The notes beneath the pieces were generated by a model that saw nothing but the letters and a program-made list of their open reading frames with translations, was not told where the DNA came from and ran no database searches. The translations under genes were made by a program, and so were the position numbers. DNA of 64,000 nucleotides from Bilabrum cf. latius (taxonomy: Eukaryota): the NCBI GenBank assembly GCA_965178125.1, contig OZ237741.1:248001-312000 (forward strand), in the 5' to 3' direction. Below are positions 37,926 through 51,900 of the stretch, one piece after another; position 1 is the first letter of the stretch; each line of letters begins with the position of its first letter.

Positions 37926-38269
37926 GCGAACGCGTAAACGAGATAGTTGGTTGGACCCGTGTCGTGTGCTGCCTCTAGGTGGCGGTCCACTGGCGGTGGT
38001 TGGGTAGAGGAATCATGGTGTTGCGCAGGAGACATTGCAGGATGTGTTTTCAATAGCCTTGCCTGTGCAATCAACGCTCACGATCTTTCATGAAATAGAC
38101 CTAGCCGTTGGCCATCGTGTGCCGGCGACGCTCGACCTATTTCAAATCTATTTTCACAAGAATCTTTCTTGTTGACTCATTTGCCGCGCGGCGCCTAGCA
38201 AAACGGAACCATGGCATGGTGCGTGCACCACCAAAAACGCACAGAGACGAATCAACACCAAAAACGATA

Positions 38270-39634
38270 ATGGCGGGTGCTGCCGGAGCTTCATCAGGCT
38301 TTGCACCAGGCGAGGCAGGCGGTATCGATCTATTTGCATCGATTGGAGCGTGAGAGCGAAGACATATTTTCGTCGCAGAATATCCTAGCCAGTGCAACCT
38401 GATTTCCATATCGAAGCCGTCCCGATTACCTTACCTCGCAGAGCGGTGAGATATATATAAATATGTTGATTGATGTGAAGTGTACGTGGAGCGTGCACAG
38501 TGTCGTTGCTGTCTACGCTGTCCCGGACCGTGGACGGCAACTACGCCGAGCTGCAGTCCACCTTCCAGCCAAAGCGGCAGTGTGGCGAATAAGAATTGCA
38601 TTTGTATGGTTGTAGTAGCTGCAATGGCTATCTGCGTTGGTGGAGAGAATTGTGGCCATACGTGCCAAGAGACTCATTTTCCGCAAGAATTCCATTTGTA
38701 CTACCTACCACCGTGCGCATGGGCCAGTCAGCTACGCCATTCGCAGGAGGGAGTTCTGGTTAAACAAGTATTTGAATTCTTTGAGGCGCTGACCGGATGC
38801 GAAACTGAAAACAAGTGAGTCGCACCCGTAGCCCGCGGATCCGCCGCAAGTGACGCCGTCCACCTGAGCGAAGTACGTCGTGCTGTTGCGAGTTTTTCTT
38901 AAGCATACTGTGCCCCCCATGTTTCGATGCCGGCAAAGCATCGCAGGTACAAGGTGTACGCATGGAATCCGAAAGTGTCCCGCGACGATCCCATTCAGGG
39001 CAAGGGAGGCGACCTCGCCTTTGCCCGCGAGAAGTCTGACTGCGTCGAGCGCCAGTGCTGCGGCCCGGCCCGCTCCTTCACCCTCTTCGTTGACCCCATG
39101 ACGGGGGGAGTCAGACAGGCCGCCCCGGAGCACTCGGCAGTGACCGCGGACCGTCCCTTCAAGTGCACCTTCCTGTGCTTACAGCGCCCTGTCATTCACA
39201 TCAAGGTGGGTGGGCTGCATGTCGCTCGGGTGTTCAGCCCCTTCAGCTGCTGCTCCACCATCATGCAGATCCTGCCCCCCGACGCCGCAGAGGTGGGTGA
39301 GGACAACATCCACCCCTCGATGAAGGAGCACCTCAAGTCCCGGACCGTGGACGAGACCGTGCCCTTTTACACTCTCGAGGCGTCCTGCTGCCAGATCGTG
39401 TGCCCTTGCGGTCCCTGCAAGAGGTACGTGTTCGACATCACGGACGAAAGCGGGGCCAAGGTGGGCGAGATGGCCAAGATCTGGTCGGGCTGCTTCAAGG
39501 AGTGCATCGGCGACTCGGACAACTTCACGCTCGAGTTCCCCGAGGGCTGCCCTCCCGTCCTCAAGGTGGCCATGACCGTGTCGGTGGTGCTGGCCGACAT
39601 GCTCCTATTTGAGGAAAAGGACAACAATAACTGA
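38270..39634 (+). CDS. Phospholipid scramblase family protein
   Basis: VKQVFEFFEALTGCETENKYKV, AREKSDCVERQCCGPARSF, RPFKC, KIWSG, DSDNFTLEFP, DMLLFE. Predicted introns 38350-38441, 38446-38746 and 38815-38946. Alternative ATG 38216. Ends in TGA. Confidence 0.88.
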
Positions 39635-39946
39635 GCTCGGGGCGTGATGGCTTGGCTGTTGCTGCGGGGTGCCAGAGCGACTGTTGGAATGCGGGGTAGG
39701 GTAGGGGTGGGGGGGGGGGCAGTGTGACACGCAGACTAGTCGTCGTAGTCGGATCGTGCCACGCGTGCGGCGGCAAATGGGTTGAATCCCGTTCGAATGC
39801 AGCGAGCTCCATCATCACAATCAACCCTTGCGAACATGCACTCATTATCATGCGGCACGGTTTGCCGTGTCTTCGGCATGATTCGGAGCTGGAATGCGCA
39901 AACGGATGCTTCGCAAAGCTATTTACACACTTAAACCAATCAAACT

Positions 39947-42900
39947 ATGGAGAGACGACCTCCTAGACTTAAGCACCGAATTGCTCAGGTTCCCGCCTCT
40001 CTGCTGTGGGATGAAGAGGCTCAGATGCCGGCACAACCGCAGGTGCACAAGCCAGGTCCAATGCAGCCCTCGATGCATTCGCAGGGCCACCGTGCGACTG
40101 CAAGATCTGAATCACGAAGAAAATAGACAGGTACTGGCAGGCTACCAAAACGAGTTGCCGCTGCATTGGAAAAGGCTGCGGCTCTATTGGTCGGGCAGGG
40201 CAAGATAGACGCAGCGCAGGCTCTGGTAGTTGCAGCACTCCGCCGTCTCGGAGCTGTGGACACTGCGCACCAGCGTGGTATTATGAGACAAGAAGCCGTA
40301 GCAGGCCTAGAAAACGCAGAAGTTGTTCGCGTGTCTGATATTCCCGCCCAGGCATCTGAGGGAGAAACTCCTACCGCTACCAACGGCTCGACATAGGCAC
40401 AGGATTTCGTCCCGCGATCTTTAGCTCCATCTGCGAAAGTATTGGGCGAGATTTAGAAAATGAGGGGCTAGCATGCCCCTACGGGTTATCGCAATGGGTA
40501 TGGTGCTCGGACTGGAATAGATGGTCGCAAGACTCGGTCGCGCGAAGGCGACCTCGCCCGCGACCAACCGGCCGAAAGTAAAGCAATGCACGGGTCCGAT
40601 TCCGAATCCTATAATTCTGAGCCCACCAAGGAGTTGGCAGCTGAAGAATATCCTCTGGCGGCATTTTGGCGTGAGCTGGAGGCGGAGGAGCAGCTGCGAG
40701 AACGAGCAGCCGCCGCGCAGCAGCGGCACCAAATCAGAAGCGGTGGAGGTGGAGGTGGAGGTGCTGCTAGTAATGCCCATGATTCACAACAAGAGGCAAT
40801 GCCTCCAGATATCCCGCTGCCAGCCCGCCTGGAACGAGGTGGCGGGGAGCAGCAGCAGCGGCAGGCAGCATCCCACTCCAAGAGATCCGGGCAACCAGCC
40901 CATGCTCGCCTTGCCGCGCAGGCTCACATCAAAGCGCGGCATCACGGGGGCGCGTTGCAAACAACGGGCGTGTTCGGAGGGCAGCGAAGCAGCAGCATCG
41001 GGCCAAGGCAGCCGGGGTCCAGGCTTCGTGCGGGCGCCCGGGAAGTGCTGGGAGAGCGACCGATGGCCAGGAGTAAGTCCACCGGTGGATTGACCAGCAC
41101 TCCGGAGGATCAAGAAGGAATAGAAGCGGGGGAACAGCGGCTTGCATCCGCCCCCCTCTCCTCCCCCTCACCCTCCAGCTCCAGCTCCAGCTAGCCCTCG
41201 CAGTCCTCGTCGTCAGCATGGGCCTACAGCAGGGACGAGAGAGCCGAGGGACGTGCGAGGCTGTTCCGGTCTGGTCGGCACTCGTCATCCTTCCGCGAGA
41301 TCGAAGGTCAGGCTATCACGCAGATAGAGGCGCAGAGCGGCTCCCCCCCACGGGCATCTCAGCGTCGGCGACTGGGGAGCGCGGGCGCCGGCAGCGGTCA
41401 TGTGCCAGGCGCGGGCTAGCCCCAGGGTGAATGTGAGGACTTGCCACCACCCACCGTGCTGCAAACGGCTCACGATGTACTCCGCGGGATTCTCGCATCA
41501 TCTGCCATGAGAGGAGCGAAGGCGGCCGGTGAAGCTGATGCCGAGAGCGATCACGAAGGCGATGGGCGCGGGAGCGGGCGTGGATCGCAGCGTGGGAGCA
41601 CCTCCCGTGCGAGAGGCTAGGGGGGTATCTCGCGGCGCAGGCTCGGAGGTGCCCGATCCAGATCACGCTCCAAGGGAAGGAAAGGAGATGAGCAAGGCTT
41701 AGAATCATCAAAAGGGAGGCCGCGACGTGCGTCGATCTCTGCAATCGCTAGCGCTGTAAGGCTAACTGAAGGCTCTGCTGACCTCGAAGAGCTCCTCGGA
41801 GCCGAGAAAGAGCTGCAGCAAGCAGATGCTGGACCAAGCAATGGACAGAATACTGGTAAAACAGGTCAGGCAGAAGCTGCGCTCGCCGCCCGTAGGCACA
41901 GACGGCTCAGGATCAGCATGCAGAAGGAGGCAGATCGAGCGGTGCGGGCTGCCCTAGCCGCTCGCGTGTCGTTAGACGACAAGGATGAGACCACTGGTAC
42001 AGAACCTTAGTATATAAACCCTGCTCCTGCCGGCATAGACTATGGAGCTGCTAGTGCTGCTGGTGCTGATTCCGACCACTCGCGGGTGCAGAGAGCCTTG
42101 CGGGAGGTAGCCCATGGGACTGGCAGCAGCTCTCTATGGACGGACTGGGTGGCTGCCGGGGCCTCGCTACGCATCGCAAAGCTGCGTGGCGCAATGCTGC
42201 GGGTCGAGGAAGAGAAGAAGAAAGCGCAGCAACAGCAAGAGGAGAAGACCCGCCGGCGGCAGAGAATCGAGAGAGAGAAGGAGAGGAAGCGCGCCGCGGC
42301 AGGCCGCAGGGGAGGCCTCTCGTCGACTGCAGCCATGGACGGAACCGAAGGCGCCGAAGTTAGGCCTCGATCCCCCGACAAAGACCACGCCATGCTAAGG
42401 CAGCTGTCGAAGACCGGACGCAGGATGAGTGCCACCCTGCAGGACTTGGAGCGCGGACTGCAGGAGACAACGTCAAGGCTAGTAGGCATTTTTGCAGACG
42501 CCGAGACCAGCACCACCCGCTAGATTGCAGATGACGCTCCCCTGATGGGCTCAAGAGAGGCGCAGGAGCCCCTTGGTGGGGCACGTGGGGCTGAGTATCT
42601 GCAGGTCCTCGTGCGGATTGCCCGCCAGGCTGCCGCCGTGGACATCCAGAGGCTGGTGCGAGGAGCTCGAGGCCGGCGTGTTGCGCGAGCCACGAAGCTG
42701 CTGAAGCGTGCCCGCGCCTTCCACCAGGAACGCATGGCCGGCCGCATCAAGCAGGTGCTGAAGGCGTGGCTTGACGTGAGACGACGGGAGCTGGCGTTGG
42801 TGTGCATGCGAAAGCAGTTCGTGCATTGGAAGATGGCCATGCACCGCGGGCAAAGGAAGCGGGAGTTCTTTCGGTAGTCGTTCTGGCCCCTCTACGTCTG

Positions 42901-45900
42901 GAGGCGATACTCGATTTGGAGCAAGCAGGCGAAGCGAAAGGGTATATTCCTTCGACGGGTATGGCGGACCTTGATTAAGCTGAGACATTTCAGAGCAATG
43001 CGGAGGCTTGTGCAGCTTCCTCCAAGACTGGCTCCTCCGGGGACCCTCAAAGCAGCCGCATACCACCGGCAGACGGTGCTCAAGCGGTCTAGCTTTCGCA
43101 AACTCAAGCTGCTGCGTCTGATGCGCAGATCACAGAGGCGGTTTTGGACGCGCCATTTGCTTGCACTCAACCATGGCTTGGCTGGTGATAGTCCGGTAGC
43201 CGGGGTGCAGCTGGCCGAGGGCGGTGAAGGCGCAGCCGCGGGCGGTGCAAGGCGCTAGGAAGAAGCCGAGCGCAGCAGCAGCGGGAGCCTAGCAGGTGTG
43301 AACGGCGAGATTTCGCTAGGCTTCCAGACCAGAGCGGAGGTCTAGAATGATCCGATGGCAGGAAACACCCCGAACACCCCCGCGGCGAGCGGTAGTAGAG
43401 GCCAGCTAGACCAAGCCGATACCGTAGAGATCTAGCCGCTTGCCATCGATGGAGGCAGCACAAACAGTGTCGCCAAAGACAACGTGGAGAAGCGGGGCGG
43501 TGGCCTCGTCGCAGCACGCTGCACTTTCTAGGCGTGGAGTTTCCTAGCGAAAGCCATGCGGTCCAGCGGCAGAGCTGGCAGGGGCCTGGGGTACCCTTCC
43601 CGAATCGCCCTCGTGCCAGGAGACGCGCCTCCCGTGATCCCGACTCGCGCACAGGTGTGGACAAAGTCGCTCGAGCCGCAAGCAGCGTGGCTAGCGCTCG
43701 CATCTGCTACGATAGCTGGCAGAGAGCTTGATGAAGAGGCGAAGGATGCCGTGAAACTCGCAACACAAGCCCAGTATGAGTATGAGTGTTTGAGCACTCC
43801 AAGCATACCCCACTCGCCTGCTCCTGTGGACTAGAAAACAAGCGATGGAATCCTAGCAGGCGGTGGGACCAGCATTGATGGCGACACGAATGATGGGGCT
43901 TTGGCGACTCGTGATCCGCGCGTTCGCTCCGCGGCGACGCACATGCTGATCATCCCAAAGCTCCTCCCTGCCCCTCGCGTGCTGCTGCACTGCCGCCAGG
44001 CGTGGAGTGGCGACATCCAGTCGATGCTGCAGGCCGTCTCATGGCGAGAGAAGCTGGCCAGTGATACGAAGGCAGTGATGGGCTCACCCTCTCACCCAAG
44101 CCTGCTAAGCTCCGGCTCGGACGGCACTGGCACAGGCTCTGCCCACGGCGACGTAAGCGAGGACGCGGAGCACGCAGTCGACCCAGCCCTAAGGAGAACC
44201 AAGCTGAAGGTATGGTCTATGTGCATGCCGAGGGACAGGGTTCGAGTGGAGGTCACCGATCTGTTGGAGCCCACGCTGCGCCGGGCAATCGCACCGATTG
44301 CAAGGGAGGTGGCTCGGCGTGCCGCCCTCACCAGACTGGGCCAGTTCATCCGCGTGGGGCCTGGCGCGTATCGGCTTTGGGCCTTGCACACGCACCAAGC
44401 CAAAGTGGCGAGACTAGCAGAGAGGCTGGGCCGAGAGCGCAGGCTTCGGCGTGTCCTCGCAGCGCTGCGGGAGGTGATGCCTTCCTCTTGGCAGACGAAA
44501 GGGGCACCTGCAAAAGGACAGGTTGGGGGCGGATCGCGCGAAGGAGAGCTGGCTGGCAATACCAATGCTCCTGCATCCATGAGTGGGCCGCTTGACTCCG
44601 GTTCAGTCCATCGCAGTGCTGAGGATGAGCAGTCTTCAGCCCTTGGATCTGCGAGGAGCAGGGACTCTGCGAGCAGGCGGCAGGAGCAGAAAGATGCCGA
44701 GCAGAAGTCTGTGTATGCGCAGATTGAAGCGGAGGCTCAGGCAGCGGCACTTGCCACCAAGCAACTGAGCAGACGAGTTCGCGCGTGGAAAAAGAGACTG
44801 TACAACGTCGCCGCGATAGAGGAGAGCGACGATGAGAACGAAGGGGCCTTGGAAGACGGCGCCGCTGGCGAGGACGGTAGCGGATCCAGAGCAGGCAGCA
44901 GGTCGGGCCAAGGCGGAAATCACGAGGACGGCCCCATGCTCCTTGGGCTTACAGACGATGGGCGACGCATGAGCGTGACCTCGGTCGCATCAGGTGCTGC
45001 AGCCGGCCGCAGGCGCAGCATGGACGGACGCGGACAACGTGGCGAGCAGCAAGACGGCCAAGATGGGGTCGACAGTTATGGCCGGCCGATCGACGAATCC
45101 GGCGACTTAAATCATAGCGGGGACTCCCCCGACGGAAAGATTCGAGCAGATGGTGCGGGTGTGGCTGGCCACAGTCGCCCGACTGCCGACGGGAACGAAG
45201 CCAGTCGTGGTAGCACGCCCGGCCAGCGCGGAGCGACGGGCCCTGATGGAAGCGACGACCTGGATCCCAGCCTAGACTCTCGCGTGGCCCAGGAGTACTG
45301 GGAGGGCGGCGTACCCGGGAGCCACCTCAAGAAGCTGGCAGCACAACAAGCTGGTGGTATCGGCGATGGCACGGGCGCTGGCGTTGCCGGTGGGGCGAGT
45401 GCGATGGGCGCAGTGGACGATGCCCTGTCTACTGTGTACCAGCACACCCGCGCGGGGTTGAGACCAGAGGAAGACGCCATCAAAGCCGCGGCTGACAAAG
45501 TCCTCGCCGAGCGCGGGCAGAAGCTGGTCGATGCGCTCTACGGCGTGAAACAGGCCATACTCTAGCACGGCGCGTCGAAGCTGCTGCACCGCATCTTTAG
45601 GATTCTTAGGGCCCCGGTGCTGGACAAGGTCGTCAAGCGGAAGCACGCCCGCGCAAAACTGCGCCGCATGCTAGCTCACTGCAACCGTCTGCGTCGGTTC
45701 GACCGCTCTGCGCCCAGATACCACAATCTCCGCCTGTAGAAGACAGTATTTGATGCATTTCGCGACGCGGTTGTGTACCGAGAGAGGTACGGTACCCCAG
45801 GCCTAGCCAGCGACATGCGTGCGCGCACTAGTCGCGCCCACGGCCTCAGCGATATGCTAGAGAACACCGAGGCCGTGGAGCGAGACGCTGTTGCAGCTGA

Positions 45901-48900
45901 CAAGCCGGGGACGTTTCTGGCTTGGAGCGAACAGACGCAAGTAGGCAAGGCTCATGGTATCCTAGTGAATAGCTATCGGGAGGTGTTGCGCTGCCGGAGC
46001 ATGCGTAAAGCATTCGTAGCCGTCGCTGCATTCGCGGCTTCGGTGCAGAAGGCAAAGGCTGCGCTCCGACTCAAGCACGCGGCAGAAACGGCAGCGAAGA
46101 AGGAAGCATCATGCGGTAATCCAGGTGATGGTAGATTCGTCGACCTCGCAGCGGGGCGGATTCGGTTGCCTCTCTTGCTGCAGCGCCGCGGGCTTCGGTT
46201 GCTGCACCCTTCCAAGGCCGCCCGGTTTCTCAAGCTGCAATCAGGCAAACAAAGTACCCGCGTGCGGCAGCCCAGCACTCCTCGCTTCGATTCGATTGCT
46301 GGTGGATCCATCTCTGACCAGCTCGGAGAGCTCGTGGATCATCCGTCCCTCAACCCAGACATGGATATGGCCGGGCTTGCGAACGGCAGGCGGTCGCCAG
46401 AGTCTCCAACAGGAGCATACGAGGCTGTCAATAGGAGCCCGCGGGTTCTCGACAGCCCACTTGGTCCTCGCCCCGCCTCAAATGGTCAGTTGGATTGGGA
46501 GGTGGCATCGGTCGGCTCGGCGTCAACTGCCGGCACGAATCTGTCAGCCATTGATGGGCCTCGCGTGTCGAGGGCAGACGCATACCTGGCTAGGGCGGGC
46601 TACGTGCACGCCTCTGGACTGGACCTTGCGCTTGCCCACAGCAAGCCGGATTCGAGTGGGCAGCACCGCCCCGGAGGCGGTTGGGAGGCAATGCCTACCC
46701 TCGGGCTCGATTTCTTCTTGGCACGTAGTGCCGCGCACTGGTTGCGGACTGCGCTGCGCACCGCCAAGTCTGCCCAGCCGCAGGGTGTCGCGGTGGAAGA
46801 GCCTCTCCCGTGGCTGACTGAGGATGACTTGCACGAGCTGGCTACCTCCGGTGCTCCAGGCGCGGGATCAGGGCGGCGCGGGTCCAGGACAGGGGCGGAC
46901 ATGGTGCTGCTGCAAGGTGGCGAGCTGGAGCGCCTGGCGAGTGCCCTTGAGCCACGCATGGAGTCAACATACGGAGACTGGCTCAAGGGACAGTGGAACG
47001 ACGAGAAGCTGGAGCTGTACGACCTCACGAGGGCGGGCCGAAAGGCAAAGGGCGATCGGAATCCCGATGTATCGACGTATGCAGGTGTCGTTGCCGACAC
47101 GGAGGGCGATGAGGACGACCCTCACGGCTCGGGTGGCCGGCTGGCTAGGTTGCTGCACCCTGAGCACCAGACAAGGCGACCGTGGGCCTCGTACGGCAAC
47201 AGACGCATCGCACTGCTGCGCGGCCGGCGCGAGCTTGGAGGCTCCGAGCGCAGGGCGTGGATCGACATCGGGACTGTGAGGCAGCGGTTCATCGAGTGGA
47301 TGAGCCCTGCACGATGCTTCGCCACGTGGTACCGTCGCACAAAGAGGTACGAGGCCATGGCGAGACGGAGAGAGCACAGGACTCGAGAGGCGCGGATGGT
47401 GGCCTCCGAGCTCGCCTCGCCGGTCTTCAGCGCGGTGCAGTCCAGGGTCAAAGAGCAGCGCTCCGGCAAGCTTGCCACCAGTGCCAGCGAGCAGGACGAC
47501 CAGCTCGCCAGGGCACAGGGCAAGAGCCCCATCGAAACCGCTCGCAACCTTGCTGGTAAGCGTGCCGGCACCGGCCAGCACTCTGCAAGTATGAGGAAAC
47601 GTTCCCCCGGCAAGCACCCCCGTACTCTAGAGACGCAGGGTGCTGCAGCATCCAAGACGCTTGATCGCAGCGGTGCTGGCGGGAACTCTGCCCACGCAAT
47701 CGATCTGGATGGATCCAAGGGAGCATAGGAGCTCCGGGAGCTCGAGCAGGGTCCGCCCATTCGCGTGCCTCCGATCAGAGAGGAGGCCGAGGCATCGCGG
47801 GAGAAAGTGGCCATCGATGCAGGCGCATCTGCCGCGGAGGTACTGGAGGCTCGCGAGCAGATGGTGCGGCGAGCATTGGCCGTGGAGCGAGCAATGATTC
47901 GGTATGACATGCAGCAGAGGACGCAGCCCCAACAGGCGGAAGGCATGCGGCTGTTTGGGCCCGTTGGTCACGCGTCTGGATCTCGGTACAGACAGTGCAT
48001 AGAGGTGGGCGAAAGGGTGCTTGGAGTGCGCGTGTGGGTCAGCGGAGAAGGAAGCGTAGCCAGCATCCGTCTGGTGGCGCTGCGGGGCCACCATCCAGTC
48101 CGAATCGCAAAGAAGGAGCATTGGCTGGAGAAGGCCGAGAAGCAAGTCGGTTCCTTGGATTCGATGGAGCTGCCCACCTTTGTGGGCAGTGCAAGGCGAG
48201 AGGCGAGAAGGGCCATGCAGGAAGGCCTCGATATGCGTAGAGCCATCCTGTCTCAGCACCAAATGCGCAGACAAGGTGGGAGGCTGTAGAGGCCATCCGA
48301 GGCAGTGCGAAGCGGTGCTCCAGGGCCTGGTGCTTTCCTCACCGCTGTGGACGAGGGACTCGAGGCGAACAGCAGCACCTCGAGCTCTTCAGATTCAGAC
48401 GAAAGCGAAGTCGATCCATACGTGGAGGGGGCAGGCACCGCTGCCATGGAGCTGCAGCTGCAGCCCATGCCAAGGTAGCGGCGGAAAAGCCGCCCGGCCA
48501 GAAATCGTCCCAGGTCGCGGCCTGCCAGCACGTCAACGGCTCACTAGGACAGCCGCCGAATGGGTGGTTCGCGAGAAAGCACCACGCAGAGAGTATCCCA
48601 CGCCCCTGTGGCAAGCTAGGGCCGTTCTGGAGACGTTGCAACGTCAACTGGTGGCCGCAAGCAGAGCAGGACCAGGGAGCAATTCCTCAGCGCAGACAGC
48701 GATGATCTTGAGGAGAGAACCAGCAGCCACGCGCAGTCGGCACCGCTGGCTCGCCACAACTAGTTTCGTGTGCCGCAGCGGGAGCGTTCAATCTAGCAGA
48801 TATCCCGGCAAGCATATGTAGATCCATCCGGTGAAGCAGCCGAGTCCGGCATCGGGTCGCGTCCGGACGTGGAGAAGACGTGCAGGATCGCCTTGAGGCG

Positions 48901-51900
48901 GCTGTTCATATCATCTCACGTCGCCAGGCAAGCTAGCGAGGAGATGGAGGATTTCTTGAGCCGACAGGCGCCTCGAGTGCAGCTGGAGAGTTGTGCGGGT
49001 GTGTATGCTGGCCGCTCGCTGCAAGGCGTGATGGTTCGGCTTGGGCCGTCCGTGGGCCTCTATCCCGCCAAGGCACTGGACCGGATACAGAGGGAGGGGA
49101 CCGACGTGACGAGCACTGGCGCGTCAGGCGATGATGGAGGCAGACAGTCTTAGTCTTCTGGCAGGCCCACAGGCGACTCTTCCTCTAGCACAGGAGGAAT
49201 TGCCGGTGCTCGTAAACCCAAGCCAGGTGAAGAAGAGCCCAGTGAGGACGTGAAGGCGGCCCGACTGCTGGCTAACCGCCGCGCGGCTATGGGAAGGCAT
49301 GCCCAAGAGGAGGAACGAAAGATCCTGCGCAGGCTGGAAGGCATGACAGGAAGGAAGCGCAAAGCAGCCGAGGCAAAGGCCAAGAAGGATATCGCGGCCA
49401 TGAGGGCCCGGCTGGCTGCCCGCGCGCCGCAGCCCAACACCCAGTCATCAGCAGGTAGCTTGCCTGGGTCAAGGTCGTTCTTCGTGGGCGAGAATGAGTC
49501 CATCATTGCTATGGAACTGTGTGTTGGGGCTGCGGTGCGCTGCGTCCGGTTTTTGACAAATATGGGGCGGTCCAGCCCGTGGTTTGGCTCGCACAGCAAG
49601 GGCCTGTAGGTATTTGTGCTGGGCAACCCAGCAAGCTACTACAGGTCGTTGAATATGCTCAAGTAGGGCCTCCCGCCGCCCCCCGCTGTGAGTTCACTCC
49701 AGCCTTGGGAAAAGCCAGAGAGAGAGCTTTGCGGGTTCGTCGGCTCCAGCAGCTCCGCTGTCGTGACATCGCTCGGGATTGTGACGCGTCGCAGCTGCAG
49801 GCAGCCGGTGTCCCCCCTCGCAAATGCGTTCCAGGAGTGCGCAGTGGGAACGTACAGGGCATCTCACGTCGCGTTTCGAGCGTACATGCGGGAACACCAG
49901 CGCAGGGCGGCGTCGCGGCAGATGCAGATGATCAAGGAGGTCAGGCTAGAGGGGGGCCGTAGCCTGGCACCGCAGAGCAGGCTCGGACTGGAACTAGAGC
50001 CCCTAGTGCGCGAGGTGTGCAGCACTGCGGATGCGGTGCATGCTCAGTTCGACAGCCAGGTGTCGTCAACCGGGACGCAAAGGCTCGTCAAGCCGGCAAT
50101 ATTCCGCACGGAGGAGATGCAGAGGCAGGCAGACGCGGTGCAAGACTTGGCAGAGCAGCTGCATGACGCCATTGGAACGCGTAGAACGATACAGTTCTTC
50201 AGTTCAGATTCAAGTGAGCTGGAAATGCCGAGCCAAACCATAGAGAACGGCCTGGTTGTTGCGGTCGGTACCGATCTCGCTCGGTTTCTGGTCGCAGGAT
50301 CCTCCAAGGGCACGGAGGGCGGGCTGTCTGCCGACTCCTCCATCGACAGCCTGAATGTGCACGGTACCGGCAGCGCCATCATTGGCGGCAAGCGCACGCT
50401 CGCGTCGCGGAATTCAACTGCTTAGCATCGACCTAGGCGAAGGCAGAGCAAGCCAGCCGTGAACGTCCCCTGTGCAACGGGAGAGGCACGGCTAGCGATG
50501 ATGCTGTGGCTCGGCTCTGACATTGATGGGGTGTCTAGGGAGAGGTGGCCTCCGATTCCCCCAGCCGTCGTGGAGGAAGATCCCTCGAAGGCATTGTCGG
50601 CCAGCAGGTCCTCCTGGGCTAAGGCAAAGGCCGGAGTCCTGCTGACCAAGAAGAGCGCACCGAGCGGAGCAGTGCAGCCGCAGAGCCCCGAACAGGGCTA
50701 GAACGACGCTCCGGCCAGTCCGTCCAGAACCCACGGGAAGTCAGTTGGTTGGAAAGACGCCGCTACCGCCACGGTGGCAGCCAGCGAGGCAGGTTCCAAG
50801 TCCACCGGCGCACCAGCCACTACGCAGCTGCGGTCGGTGCTGAAGAAAAACAAGAGAAACGCTCGCAACACGCGCCGCGATTCTGTCGTGAGCGTCTCAG
50901 GAGCTGCGGTGGGGGCTCTCGTCGACACTGCGGCAGCCGCGTCAATCGAGTAGGCAAAGCTGCGACGCGTGCGGCTCCGCACGAAACACGTGCTGGTCGT
51001 AGACGCGAGTTAGAAGAAGCGGAGGGGTAGCACGCCCGTATCGAGGGCTCGCATGCAAATTTCGTAGGCGAGGCCAGCCTCCGCGAAAGCACCGGCACCT
51101 TCTGCTGCGGCCGTGGCGGACGGCCCCGGCAAGGACTTGCTCGCTGCTCGCGCCCTCATGGAACAGGCCGCGGGCGTTTCGGACAGGGCGCATTCGAAAT
51201 GGGTCGCTCTGTCCGCGGTGGACCGCCAGTCCGTGTTCCAGGGCCAGGACGAGTACGAGGCTGACATGGGCACGGCGAGCGTGGAGCACCCCAACCCTGA
51301 GGGCCTGGGCAGGACAACCGCACTCACTGAGATTTTGCTGCGGCTGCGGCGTGATTCCGTTCTGGAAGCCCTGCGGAGGAGCGATGGTCTTTGCTGGAGA
51401 CTCATGGAGGGCGGTGAGGTCGGCGTGAGGGTTGGTGCATCTGCGGTGGGCGGGCAAGGACCCGCAGCTGACACGGCCGAGATGCGAGCTCTCCGGGGCA
51501 AGCGCACGGTGGCCTACGGACTCAGCCGATGGCTGTTCATCGCGCACTGCAGAGGTCTCGTGCTCTTTTCGAGGAGGCAGCAGCCACCAGACTTCCGGAA
51601 GATGGGTGGCATCGACCAGGACGCCCAGACAGAGTTTCAGTTCCTGTATCGAGCCAAGCGCACGGACACAACGATGGGCCGCTCCAAGAGGAGGGCTGGA
51701 CGGCGCCGCAGCATGGACGTGCCCGACCCGCCCATCGTTCCCTAGAACGAAATGGTGGAGGAGAGGCTGGCACGAGTGGCCAGGATTCTCAACGTCGCTC
51801 GCTTGATGGAGGGACGAGGCCGCAGGTTAGTCGATGCTGGCCGGGCCATGATCGCGCAGGTGGCCCGAGGCGTTGCCTCCGTCCCTGCGTGCCTCGATTC

